DNA of 40,978 bases from an uncultured Planctomycetia bacterium. GTDB taxonomy: Bacteria; Planctomycetota; SZUA-567; H5-PLA8. Position 1 is the stretch's first letter. The number at the start of each line of letters is the position of its first letter. The stretch is from contig CAYSBP010000005.1 in the NCBI GenBank assembly GCA_964429255.1, positions 1-40,978 of the forward strand, in the 5' to 3' direction. Below the pieces are notes generated by a model, which searched no databases, was not told where the DNA came from, and worked only from the letters and a program-made list of their open reading frames with translations. Of this stretch, positions 1 to 8,479 are shown one piece after another. Made by a program: the position numbers and the translations under genes.

Positions 1-9
1 ATATTGAAA

Positions 10-85
10 TGGTGGAGGATACGGGGCTCGAACCCGTGACCTTCAGACTGCCAGCCTGACGCTCTCCCAACTGAGCTAATCCCCC
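10..85 (-). tRNA. tRNA-Ala, anticodon GGC, with genomically encoded CCA
   Basis: The reverse complement is 76 nt and folds by hand into a cloverleaf: GGGGGAT TA GCTC AGTTGGGA GAGC G TCAGG CTGGCAG TCTGA AGGTC ACGGG TTCGAGC CCCGT ATCCTCC ACCA. The acceptor stem has 7 bp and includes the G3:U70 alanine identity pair. The anticodon loop is CU-GGC-AG and the T-loop is TTCGAGC. Confidence 0.93.
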
Positions 86-109
86 ACCGGAAGCATGCCG
101 CGGGCAACC

Positions 110-137
110 AGTCTGGACGATCACGTTGACTTGTCAA
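110..137 (-). promoter_or_regulatory. Candidate sigma70-type promoter for tRNA-Ala (TTGACA, 16-nt spacer, CAGACT)
   Basis: On the minus strand a consensus -35 TTGACA (137-132) is followed after 16 nt by CAGACT (115-110). This sits about 25 nt upstream of the tRNA 5' end. The -10 is weak; only positions 2, 4 and 6 match TATAAT. Confidence 0.3.
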
Positions 138-203
138 GGAAAACTCAATCGAGTCGCTGCCCGTTCCCGGGGTCTCTTGCCGAAAGACGTGTGGGAGGGT
201 AGC

Positions 204-1286
204 ATGACGTTTCCTGCAGTCTTGGAGCGGAAGACGGCCCCCATGAACACATCGGTGAATTCGACATCCTTGACGTCACTGCCCGGTCCAGCCGAGGCGG
301 TGCCTATGTCCCGTGAGGAGGCCGTGCGCGCCCTGCGCGAGGGCGACGGTGATGCGACGGTCCGCGAGAAGATCGCAGTCCTGATCGCTAACATCGAGAA
401 AGCCATTGTCGGCAAGCGGGAGTCGGTCAAGATGGTACTGATCGGGTTGTTGGCCCGCGGGCATCTGCTGATCGAAGACGTTCCCGGCGTGGGCAAGACG
501 ACGCTGGCCCGCGCGCTGGCCAAGTCCCTCGACTGCCAGTTCCGCCGGCTTCAGTTCACCCCCGACCTGCTGCCCAGCGATCTCGTGGGCGTTTCCATTT
601 ACGACCAGGCCGAGGCTGGGTTCCATTTTCATCCGGGGCCGATCTTCGCCAACGTGATTCTGGCCGATGAGATCAACCGGACGACGCCGCGCACACAGTC
701 CGCGCTGCTGGAGGCGCTCAACGACTTCCAGGTCTCGGTGGATGGCGTGACGCATCCGCTTCCGCAGCCGTTCATGGTCATGGCGACGGAGAACCCCATC
801 GAGTATGCCGGGACCTATCCGCTGCCCGAAGCGCAACTCGACCGCTTCATGCTGCGTGTGACGCTGGGCTATCCGGATCGCGACAGCGAACGCGCCATGG
901 TCAAGAGCCAGAAGCTGGCGCATCCCTTGGACAGCCTGCAGGCCGTGGTGAGCGGGACGGAAGTCCTCCAACTGCAGGAGATCACCCGTCAGGTGACGGT
1001 CGACGAGACGCTGGTGAATTACATCCTCGAGATTGCCGCGCGGACGCGGGATTCCAAGGCGCTGGCACTGGGCGTCTCCCCCCGCGGTTGTCTGATGCTG
1101 TATCGGGCCGCACAGGCGAGCGCGGTGGTCGAGGGCCGGAAGTTCGTTATTCCGGACGACGTCAAGCGTCTGGCGATGTCGGTGTTGTGCCATCGCGTCA
1201 TCGAAAAGAGCCGCGATGCCGGCGGCAAGCGAGATGCCGAGAACGTCCTGAGCGAGATCCTGGAAGACGTGCCCGTCCCGCTGTGA
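204..1286 (+). CDS. MoxR-family AAA+ ATPase (copy 1)
   Basis: Walker A is [15 protein letters not shown] and Walker B/sensor is [23 protein letters not shown]. The typical MoxR motifs [35 protein letters not shown] and GVSPRG are present. The track ORF opens at TTG 126. ATG 204 follows GGGAGGG, and ATG 243 or 306 are alternative starts. Confidence 0.85.
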   Translation: MTFPAVLERKTAPMNTSVNSTSLTSLPGPAEAVPMSREEAVRALREGDGDATVREKIAVLIANIEKAIVGKRESVKMVLIGLLARGHLLIEDVPGVGKTTLARALAKSLDCQFRRLQFTPDLLPSDLVGVSIYDQAEAGFHFHPGPIFANVILADEINRTTPRTQSALLEALNDFQVSVDGVTHPLPQPFMVMATENPIEYAGTYPLPEAQLDRFMLRVTLGYPDRDSERAMVKSQKLAHPLDSLQAVVSGTEVLQLQEITRQVTVDETLVNYILEIAARTRDSKALALGVSPRGCLMLYRAAQASAVVEGRKFVIPDDVKRLAMSVLCHRVIEKSRDAGGKRDAENVLSEILEDVPVPL

Positions 1287-1332
1287 CCCCGTTCGCTTGT
1301 ATTCGCTTGCCGGAGCGGATATTTCTTCCAGC

Positions 1333-2235
1333 ATGCTTGCGAAACGCCTCATCCCCTGCCTGGACGTACGCGGCGGTCGCGTGGTCAAAGGCGTGAACTT
1401 TGTGGATCTTAAAGACGCGGGCGATCCTGTGGAAATCGCTGCGCGCTACGATGCGCAAGGCGCCGACGAACTGTGTTTTCTCGATATCACCGCCAGCCAC
1501 GAGGGGCGAGACACGATCATCGACATCGTGGAGCGGACCGCCGCGCAGTGTTTCTGTCCGGTGACGGTCGGCGGGGGCCTGCGCTCGGTGGACGACGTTC
1601 GCCGGTTGCTGCGGGCGGGTGCGGACAAAGTCAGCATTAACTCGGCGGCGGTGAAGAACCCCGAACTGCTCCGTGCGGGGGCGAACGCCTTCGGCGCGCA
1701 GTGCATGGTACTGGCCATCGATGCCAAACGGTGCACACCGCTCCGTGGCGGGGAGGGGGATTCGGAGGCCGGTCTGCCGACGCTCTGCAAGGCGCTGGGG
1801 CTGTCCAGCACGGACACGCTCAACTGGATGCGCCAGATGATGGATCGTATCGCCCCGTTTCGTTCCCGGCATCCGCGCTGGACGGTTTACATCCACGGCG
1901 GGCGGGTGGACACGGGGTTGGATGCGGTCGGCTGGGCTCGACTGGGCGTGCATCTGGGGGCCGGTGAGATTCTCCTGACCAGCATGGATGCCGATGGCAC
2001 CAAGGCCGGCTACGACCTCGAATTGACGCGCGCCATTGCCGAGGCGGTCGACGTGCCGGTGATCGCCAGCGGTGGGGCGGGCGGCCTCGAGGATCTGGCG
2101 GCGGCGCTGACGGAAGGCAAAGCCGACGCGGCCCTGGCGGCGAGCATCTTCCACTACGGACAGCACACACTGAACGAGGCCCGGGCGTTCCTGCGCGGGC
2201 GGAGCATACCCGTCCGGTGCGTGCCGGGCGATTGA
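1333..2235 (+). CDS. hisF: Imidazole glycerol phosphate synthase cyclase subunit HisF, with a ~49-aa internal insertion
   Basis: The sequence [23 protein letters not shown]...FLDITAS...VGGGLRS...[12 protein letters not shown]...AIDAKR...[20 protein letters not shown]...IASGGAG...[13 protein letters not shown] is collinear with canonical HisF. The exception is the extra segment after AIDAKR. Confidence 0.9.
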   Translation: MLAKRLIPCLDVRGGRVVKGVNFVDLKDAGDPVEIAARYDAQGADELCFLDITASHEGRDTIIDIVERTAAQCFCPVTVGGGLRSVDDVRRLLRAGADKVSINSAAVKNPELLRAGANAFGAQCMVLAIDAKRCTPLRGGEGDSEAGLPTLCKALGLSSTDTLNWMRQMMDRIAPFRSRHPRWTVYIHGGRVDTGLDAVGWARLGVHLGAGEILLTSMDADGTKAGYDLELTRAIAEAVDVPVIASGGAGGLEDLAAALTEGKADAALAASIFHYGQHTLNEARAFLRGRSIPVRCVPGD

Positions 2236-2258
2236 CGGAGCGAGGGGGGGGATCCATC

Positions 2259-2597
2259 GTGGATGGAGAGGATGTTCCGGTTCTGAGCCGTGAGATCGAT
2301 CGACTGCTGGCAGCCGCAGCGCGTTCGGGCGCCACTTCCGTTTACCTCAAACCGGGTGCGGCACCAGGGATGCGCATCCAGGGTCGCATGTCGAACCTGC
2401 GCATGCCGGAGTTGACGTCGTCGGGCATCGAAGCGCTGGCTCGCGAGATCCTGGACATCGAAGAAGAGCGGGCGTTGGCGAAATTCTCGGCGGTGGTCTT
2501 CCTGTACGAGATACCTCAGGTGGGACATTTCCGGATCAGTGTCTTCTGTCGTGCGGCTGGATTCCTGCTTACCGCGCGTTGTCTGCGGGACGATTAA
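2259..2597 (+). CDS. Stand-alone PilT/GspE-type N-terminal domain protein with no ATPase core
   Basis: The 112-aa ORF aligns by eye to the first ~100 aa of PilT: IDRLLAAAARSGATSVYLKPGAAPGMRIQGRM...LT...IEALAREIL...FRISVF...AGFLLTAR. A GTG start at 2259 follows a GAGGGGGGG Shine-Dalgarno. The stop at 2595-2597 abuts the convergent porin gene, so no Walker A region follows. Confidence 0.55.
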   Translation: MDGEDVPVLSREIDRLLAAAARSGATSVYLKPGAAPGMRIQGRMSNLRMPELTSSGIEALAREILDIEEERALAKFSAVVFLYEIPQVGHFRISVFCRAAGFLLTARCLRDD

Positions 2598-2598
2598 A

Positions 2599-4254
2599 CT
2601 ACCACTGGATCTGCTGGCTGATCACGAAGACGTTGTTGCGGACGTCGCGGATGCGTTTCCCGCCGGGTCCCCCGGAGTAGAGCGGGTCCACGGCGTGGCC
2701 TTCGGACTCGTCCACCAGCATGTAGTTCAGCTGTGTGCGGACGTTGTAGCCTTTCCAGTAGTAATTCAGGCCGAACGTGTGCACGGTGCTCTTGAAGATG
2801 TCGGTGCGCACGGAGGAGTCCGACTGGAATCCCACGCCTACATCGACGTTGTAGACGGCATCTTCCACCAGCAGGTTGCCGAAGGTTTCGTAGCGGTAAG
2901 TGAACTCGGCGCCGTTGAGCATCTTGACCAGGAAGTTGCTGCTGTTCTGGAGACGATCCGACCAGATGCTCTTGGACAGTCGATAGCCGGTCCCGAAGTA
3001 CCAGCCTTCGCGGTTGAACATACGTGGGCGCAGTTGTTGCAGGTTGGTGGCGTCCAAGCCGGGTAGCGGTCGATCGGTGATCGAGCCCCATTCGCCGCGC
3101 AGCCACCAGCCGCGTACCGGTCCGCCCGGCCGGTACCAGGCCCAGGCATACTGGCGGTTGGCGTGCGTCTCCTGCAGACTGAGGCCGTCCACGGACGGGA
3201 TAACGGAGCCGCCGTCGTTCAGATAGCCCTTGCCCGACTCGCCATGCACGCCGTCCTGCCGGGCAAATCCGACTTCCAGCGAGCCGAACGTCTCGTGATT
3301 CCAGAGCGGACGCAGCATCAGGCGCCAGGCGATGTCCTTGGCGTCGTTGTCGTCCGACCGGTTCTGCAAGCTGGCAAACGTGTTCTGGAAGGAACCGGCA
3401 CTGTTGAAGCCGCCGATCCAGTACTGGAACCGCTCGTTCCACCACCAGCCGTGGACCATGATCCCGAGATCGCGCTGATTGCCGAACTGATTGATCATGG
3501 CGCGTTCGACGAAATCCAGTTGGCCGCTGTTGCGGTAGGTCTCCTCGCCGGCCGGCGCCTTGAACTGGCCGATCGTGAAGTCGTGGTGCGGGATCCAGGT
3601 GGGATGGAAGTTGAGGTAGGCGTCCTGCAAAACGCGGTTGGCACGCACGAAGCCCTGATTCATGCGTTCGCGGGTCGATGACGATTCGGAGGAGTTCTCA
3701 TTTTCGCTTCCGCGGCCATCTCTATTGATGTCATCGAGGGTTGAATCGGCCCCTCCCGGGACGAGTCCGAGCAGTCCCTGATTGCTGGGCAGGCCGGGGA
3801 AGGTGTTGCCTTCGTCGCCGCCCGTCGGGTCGATCGAGATGACGGCGGTGATATCGTCGGTGATGTCCAGGCCGAACTTCAGTTCCGCGCGACGGATGCG
3901 GTAGCCATCGTTATCGTTCAGTTCATTGGTGCGGGTGCCGTCGGCGATGTAATTCCGGTTGTCGTTTTCGATGGTGTAGGTCCAGATCTGAAAGAGCCCG
4001 CTGACAGTGAGCTTTCCGTCCTTGCTGACCACTTTTGCGTTGGGGCCATACTTGTTGTCGATCAGTGCGTCGGCGCGGCCGATTGAACCGGTCGGTTGAG
4101 GCGCTGCATTCTTAGCGGCCAGTTTGGTACGGAGTTCTTCGACGACTTTCTGCAGGTCGCTGAAATCCTGACGATTGACTTCGGCCGCCGGCACGGTTCC
4201 GGCAAGGCCGCAAAGGACTGTGAAGATAGAAAGCCCGCGACGAAGCCTGGACAT
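2599..4254 (-). CDS. Outer-membrane porin, phosphate-selective porin O/P (OprO/OprP)-like
   Basis: The signal peptide is MSRLRRGLSIFTVLCGLAGTVPAAE, followed by a short coiled-coil segment. After that come alternating amphipathic beta-strand patterns. An RIRRAELKFGLD motif typical of Porin_O_P is present, and the C-terminus is aromatic (...ISQQIQW). ATG 4254 is preceded by GAGGAGGG. Confidence 0.65.
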   Translation of the reverse strand: MSRLRRGLSIFTVLCGLAGTVPAAEVNRQDFSDLQKVVEELRTKLAAKNAAPQPTGSIGRADALIDNKYGPNAKVVSKDGKLTVSGLFQIWTYTIENDNRNYIADGTRTNELNDNDGYRIRRAELKFGLDITDDITAVISIDPTGGDEGNTFPGLPSNQGLLGLVPGGADSTLDDINRDGRGSENENSSESSSTRERMNQGFVRANRVLQDAYLNFHPTWIPHHDFTIGQFKAPAGEETYRNSGQLDFVERAMINQFGNQRDLGIMVHGWWWNERFQYWIGGFNSAGSFQNTFASLQNRSDDNDAKDIAWRLMLRPLWNHETFGSLEVGFARQDGVHGESGKGYLNDGGSVIPSVDGLSLQETHANRQYAWAWYRPGGPVRGWWLRGEWGSITDRPLPGLDATNLQQLRPRMFNREGWYFGTGYRLSKSIWSDRLQNSSNFLVKMLNGAEFTYRYETFGNLLVEDAVYNVDVGVGFQSDSSVRTDIFKSTVHTFGLNYYWKGYNVRTQLNYMLVDESEGHAVDPLYSGGPGGKRIRDVRNNVFVISQQIQW

Positions 4255-4309
4255 CGAATCCCTCCTCGGGCAGATCACACTGCTGAATGATCATTCGAAC
4301 AAGCCCAGG

Positions 4310-4337
4310 AGTATAGCTATGCCCCCGGCGCAGTCAA
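4310..4337 (-). promoter_or_regulatory. Near-consensus sigma70-type promoter for the porin gene (TTGACT, 16-nt spacer, TATACT)
   Basis: On the minus strand, -35 TTGACT lies at 4337-4332 and -10 TATACT at 4315-4310, separated by 16 nt. This is about 55 nt upstream of ATG 4254. Confidence 0.5.
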
Positions 4338-4655
4338 ACTGATTCCATCGGGTGGACGCCGCATGCTTGACTCACCTAACCTGAATGGGAGAAACGAGTA
4401 GAGAGAATGAAACACGCCCCCGGGCGAGGGGTGCGTGACCGGTTTCGTCGGAACGCAGGCGTTCATTTTCCCTTTGGGCACGTGTGTGGCGCGATGTGGG
4501 TGGTGCCATGGACACCGCGGCCTTATGCGGTGTCCGTGGACTGGCTGAGACTGACAGCCCACCACGGATACGCACACAGGTCCCAGCGCTCTGTTTGATC
4601 GGCTTCGGGTTCGTATCCATGCACCAGGTCCTGGACGTCACTTTTCGGCTACGCA

Positions 4656-4682
4656 CCCCCGGGCTCGGGGTCTCTGTTTTCG
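4656..4682 (+). terminator. Weak intrinsic-terminator-like hairpin plus T-rich tail in a region with no annotated plus-strand gene
   Basis: CCCCG-GGCT-CGGGG forms a 5-bp GC stem with a tetraloop. It is followed by TCTCTGTTTTCG. The stem is short, so this is a weak call. Confidence 0.25.
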
Positions 4683-4830
4683 TCCTGCAGGAAATCAGCG
4701 TCGGACGGTATACTGGCGGGGCCATGACTCATGGGCCATAGAGATGACGGATTTTTAGGCAGCGCTCTCTGGCAAAAGGCGTCAGGGTTGCGGCGTGCGC
4801 TCAACCATTGAAGAGCGGAGCTGAATTCGC

Positions 4831-5604
4831 GTGACCGAGCCGAGCACCTTGCCTGTGCAGGGGTCCCCACTGCTGATCACGCCGCGTGTGCTGGCAGGCT
4901 TAAGTTTCGTCGCGCTCGCGCAGGCCGCGCTCGTAGCGGCATGCGTCTGGCCCGGGTGGGATCTCTTCACGATCGAGGCACTTCCCGCACGCCTGGCCGC
5001 GGCGGCCTTGAGCCTGGCCCTGCTGTTGGCCCCCGCGTGGAGTTTCGATCCGCGCACGCACGGCGAATCGCCGTGGCTGCGGAGCGGGCGGTATGCCTTC
5101 CTGAGTCTGTGGCAGGCGGCGGCGCTGGGATTCTTCCTGCTGATTTCAGCCCGCGTGACGGTGCTGTCCAGCGGCGCGATCCTGCGTGCGGTGCTGATCC
5201 TGGGGGCCAGCGCTTGGCTGGTGCTGGCCGCCTCACGTTGCTGGCCGCGCGCATACCTTGGGTTGGCGCTGCTCTGGACCGTCGCCCTGCCGATGGGCGC
5301 CTTCATCGTGGCCGAAGTCTTCATCTCGACGCCTGACGGTTCGATGGGTTGGGCGCGCTCGAAAGGTCCTGGTGTCGAAGCGTTCCGAAACACCGTCGAA
5401 TGGGTGCTCCGGTTCAGTCCCGGCACGGCCATCGTGGGCGCGCTGCAGGGCCATCTGCCGGGCGACGCGCCGTGCGGCTGGCGCGAGGCGGGGCTTTTCG
5501 CCGGCGCGTGTGCATTCGCCGGAGGTCTACTGCAGTGGACACGTGCGTGGCGCCTGACGGCCCACACGGAGACTGCAACCCACACAACCATCGCTGGGTT
5601 ATGA
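4831..5604 (+). CDS. Hypothetical polytopic membrane protein
   Basis: The 257-aa product has about 6 hydrophobic segments rich in L/A/W. GC3 is high in this frame. The overlapping antisense ORF 4782-5900 is R/A/S-rich and not protein-like. I recognise no family motif. Confidence 0.6.
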   Translation: MTEPSTLPVQGSPLLITPRVLAGLSFVALAQAALVAACVWPGWDLFTIEALPARLAAAALSLALLLAPAWSFDPRTHGESPWLRSGRYAFLSLWQAAALGFFLLISARVTVLSSGAILRAVLILGASAWLVLAASRCWPRAYLGLALLWTVALPMGAFIVAEVFISTPDGSMGWARSKGPGVEAFRNTVEWVLRFSPGTAIVGALQGHLPGDAPCGWREAGLFAGACAFAGGLLQWTRAWRLTAHTETATHTTIAGL

Positions 5605-5795
5605 CACAAACCTCTTCTCCTGGCTGGACATGCAGGCGCTTCACGAATTGGGGCATGTCGTGGCGGGATGGCTGACCGGAGCGCAGATCCGCGAGGAGTC
5701 CGCTGCGGGATTAGGTCATTGTCTTGTGCGATCTCAGCCTCTACATTGCGCTGGCTGTTCGCGCGGCGTACTTCTCGGTCAGGGTTCTCGACTCG

Positions 5796-7358
5796 ATGCG
5801 CATCCCCTTCGATCTTCTGGCCGCTCTCCTGGTACTGGAGTCGGTGCGTGAATTGCTGCTGCAGCAGCCCAATCTTCAGGACGGCGGGGCCGCCGATCAT
5901 CTACAGACCACGACCCCGCAGGCGCTCATGGCCCTGCTGGCCTTCTGGTTGATCGCCTGGCTGGTCCATGAACTGCTCGCGCGACGCGCCGAATGGAGCA
6001 CGCGCTGGGGGCTCTGGCCCCAGGGTCTGCGCGTCGTGTCCACACCCGGCGGAGTCCTTCACGAGCCGGCGCGCAAGCACCCGCTGGATGTGCACGCCCG
6101 TCGGGCCACCATCGCGCAGTTCGCCATCGTGGGCCTGTATGCGGTCTTCATCTACGGCTATGGTTGGCCCATTAAGACGACGGCGTGGAGTGGCAGTTAC
6201 TTCATCAACGGGCTGCTGGGCCTCGGACCTTTTGCCGTCGCGATGTTGCTGGCGTTGATCCCGAAACACCGCGTCCTGGCGATGGAGACGGGGCGTGGCG
6301 AGGGCGTGCGGCGGTGGCTCTCTTTCGAGTTGCGGCTGACCTTCCCTCCGCTGATCCTGTGGCTGGTGTTGTACGCCTTCCTTGATCTGGCGCAGTTGCT
6401 GGTACCTGAGGCGGCCCTGCACTACGTGATCGGGCAGCCGTGGATGATCGTAATCGGCAGCGGCTTGGTGCTGGCCGGCCTCGCGATGGCGATCATGCCG
6501 TGGATGATGGTCCGGCTGTGGCACGCGCGGCCGATGGCGGACCATGCGGCCCGCGAGCGGTTGACGGGGTTGCTCAAGCGCTCGGGTGTGAAGGCGCATG
6601 CGATCATGGAATGGGGACCACCGGGTACCGGTTTCGCCAATGCATGCGTGCTGGGGCCGTGGGCGCCCTTCCGCTACATCCTGATCAGCCCAGGACTGAT
6701 GCGGCTGCTTTCGCCCGAAGAATGCGAAGCGGTGATCGCGCACGAGATTGGCCACGTGCGGCATGGACACCTGGGGTTGCTGGTCGTCGTTGTGCTGGGG
6801 TTGGCCGCCTGGAGCGATCTGATTCTGCGGGGGCTCGATCGTCTCCAGTATGGCGATCCGGTCACGCAAGGCGTGGTGCTGATGCTGCTGATCGTCGTGT
6901 ACCTGCGTTTGCTCTTCGGTGTGATTTCGCGGCATTGCGAGCGGCAGGCGGATCTGGCGGCCGCGGAACTGCTCGGTACGCCCGTCCCGTTGATCACCGC
7001 ACTGGAGAAGCTGGCACTCCTTTCCGGCGGCACGCGCGAGGTTTACTCCTGGCATCACGACTCTATCGCCAGGCGCGTGGAGCGACTGCAGACGGAGGGT
7101 GCGGACCCCGAGGCCATCCGCCGCTATCACCGGAGCCTGCGGCCGATGCGCATGGGGTTGCTGGGTCTTTCTGCGGTGGCCATCCTGCTGATGCTCAGCT
7201 TGGCGATGACGGAAGGCGAAGCCGCGAAAAATCCGGCCGAAGAAACAGCGCCGGTAACCGTCCAGGAGGAAGCCGCCGAGACCGACGTGTCCGACCGGTC
7301 CGACTCGTCTGACCCGTCCGACCGTCCCTTGCCTCGTGAAGGAGGACTCACCCCATGA
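5796..7358 (+). CDS. Membrane-embedded M48-family zinc metallopeptidase (HtpX/BlaR1/Ste24-like)
   Basis: Multiple N-terminal TM helices are followed by the HExxH motif AVIAHEIGHVRHGH. A downstream ERQADLAAAELLG segment supplies the third ligand Glu. There is a C-terminal TM and an acidic S/D-rich tail. The start is uncertain: TTG 5724 opens the frame and ATG 5796 is the first Met. Confidence 0.8.
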   Translation: MRIPFDLLAALLVLESVRELLLQQPNLQDGGAADHLQTTTPQALMALLAFWLIAWLVHELLARRAEWSTRWGLWPQGLRVVSTPGGVLHEPARKHPLDVHARRATIAQFAIVGLYAVFIYGYGWPIKTTAWSGSYFINGLLGLGPFAVAMLLALIPKHRVLAMETGRGEGVRRWLSFELRLTFPPLILWLVLYAFLDLAQLLVPEAALHYVIGQPWMIVIGSGLVLAGLAMAIMPWMMVRLWHARPMADHAARERLTGLLKRSGVKAHAIMEWGPPGTGFANACVLGPWAPFRYILISPGLMRLLSPEECEAVIAHEIGHVRHGHLGLLVVVVLGLAAWSDLILRGLDRLQYGDPVTQGVVLMLLIVVYLRLLFGVISRHCERQADLAAAELLGTPVPLITALEKLALLSGGTREVYSWHHDSIARRVERLQTEGADPEAIRRYHRSLRPMRMGLLGLSAVAILLMLSLAMTEGEAAKNPAEETAPVTVQEEAAETDVSDRSDSSDPSDRPLPREGGLTP

Positions 7359-7738
7359 AAGGTCTGTGGCCTGTCGCGCTGCTGCTGGTCCTCGTCGCCG
7401 GAGGAAGCGATGCCGCCGAAGAACGGATCCGGGGCATCCTGGAGAAAACCGCCAACCCGGGTGCCAGCGCGCAGATCACCGACGCGCTGAACGACGTGTA
7501 CTATGTGGTCAAGACCGTAGAAAGCGAGAAGGCGTGTGCGCCGCTGATCGGCCAGCGTGTCGTGCTGACGGGAACGGTCGAAGAACGCGTCGATGATCGG
7601 CTGCTCTACCTGACGCTCAAGAAGGCCGAGGTGTACCAGCCCAGGCAACCGGAGACGCCTGCCGACGCGTCGACCTCCACCCCGCTTCCCTCACCTGCGC
7701 CTGTGCCGCCGGCCGACGAAAAGAAGACGGATCCCTGA
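7355..7738 (+). CDS. Small secreted hypothetical protein
   Basis: The signal peptide is MKGLWPVALLLVLVAGGSDAAE. The ATGA overlap with the M48 stop suggests translational coupling. The tail is proline-rich. No family was recognised. Confidence 0.6.
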   Translation: MKGLWPVALLLVLVAGGSDAAEERIRGILEKTANPGASAQITDALNDVYYVVKTVESEKACAPLIGQRVVLTGTVEERVDDRLLYLTLKKAEVYQPRQPETPADASTSTPLPSPAPVPPADEKKTDP

Positions 7739-8476
7739 TCAGGACGCGCTCCCCTGGATCGTTCCGGCGCGGATGTCCAGTTGTTCGCGCGACTGGATGC
7801 GCGAGATCCGGCCGTCCGTGATCCAGATCACCCGGTCGCTGGCCGCGAGCATCTTCATGTCGTGCGTGGCGGTGATCACGGTGACACCCTTTTCCGCATT
7901 CAGTTCTTTGAGCAGGTCGATGATCTCGATGCCGGTGTTCAGGTCCAGGTTTCCCGTCGGTTCGTCGGCCAGCACGATGGCCGGGTCGTTGGCGAGGGCC
8001 CGCGCGATGGCCAGGCGCTGCTTCTGGCCGCCGGAAAGCTGCGGTGGCCGGTGGTGGAGTCGCTGGCCCAGACCGACGCGTTCGAGCAGATGCACCGCCT
8101 TGTCGCGCGCCTCGTCCATGTTCGTCCCGGCGAAGACCATCGGCAGCGAGACGTTCTCCACCGCGTTCATCACCGGGATCAGGTTGAACGTCTGGAAGAT
8201 GTAGCCGATCTTGCGGCGGCGCAGCCAGGCGAGTTCGAAGACGTCCAACTGGACGATATCGACCTCGTCGATATACACCTCGCCCTGCGACGGCCGGTCC
8301 AGCCCGCCGATCATGTTGAAGAAGGTGCTCTTTCCCGAGCCCGACGGGCCCATGATGCTGACGTACTCGCCGGCCATCAGCGTCAGGTCGATCCCGCGCA
8401 GCGCGTGCACCTCCTGGTTGCCCAGGTAGTAGACCTTGCGCAGGTCGTGGACGTGGACGATTTCGCGTCGTGACAC
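7739..8476 (-). CDS. ABC transporter ATP-binding protein, LolD/MacB/FtsE class
   Basis: Walker A is GPSGSGKST, the Q-loop is IFQ, the signature is LSGGQKQRLAIARAL, Walker B is VLADEPTGNLD and the H-loop is ATHD. The GTG start at 8476 has a GGAGG inside the last codons of the upstream FtsX gene. Confidence 0.92.
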   Translation of the reverse strand: MSRREIVHVHDLRKVYYLGNQEVHALRGIDLTLMAGEYVSIMGPSGSGKSTFFNMIGGLDRPSQGEVYIDEVDIVQLDVFELAWLRRRKIGYIFQTFNLIPVMNAVENVSLPMVFAGTNMDEARDKAVHLLERVGLGQRLHHRPPQLSGGQKQRLAIARALANDPAIVLADEPTGNLDLNTGIEIIDLLKELNAEKGVTVITATHDMKMLAASDRVIWITDGRISRIQSREQLDIRAGTIQGSAS

Positions 8477-8479
8477 CGT

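Noticed and set aside
126-203. TTG 126 as the MoxR copy 1 start.
   Set aside because: The TTG is part of a TTGACT/TGTCAA element that looks more like back-to-back -35 boxes. ATG 204 has a GGGAGGG Shine-Dalgarno. ATG 306 would also give a typical MoxR length.
4407-4741. Small ORFs 4407-4598 (63 aa) and 4484-4741 (85 aa) in the non-coding gap.
   Set aside because: Their composition (R/H/G/W/C-rich) and weak codon bias do not look like real proteins, and no motif is present. They cannot be excluded as small proteins without expression data.
4338-4830. Tested whether the long non-coding gap is tmRNA, RNase P RNA, SRP RNA or a tRNA.
   Set aside because: I could not find the conserved cores on either strand. 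These are GAGGAAAGUCC for RNase P, the tRNA-like GGUUCGAxUCC...CCACCA end for tmRNA, and the GGAAGCAGCC-type SRP domain IV. It is kept only as an unclassified candidate.
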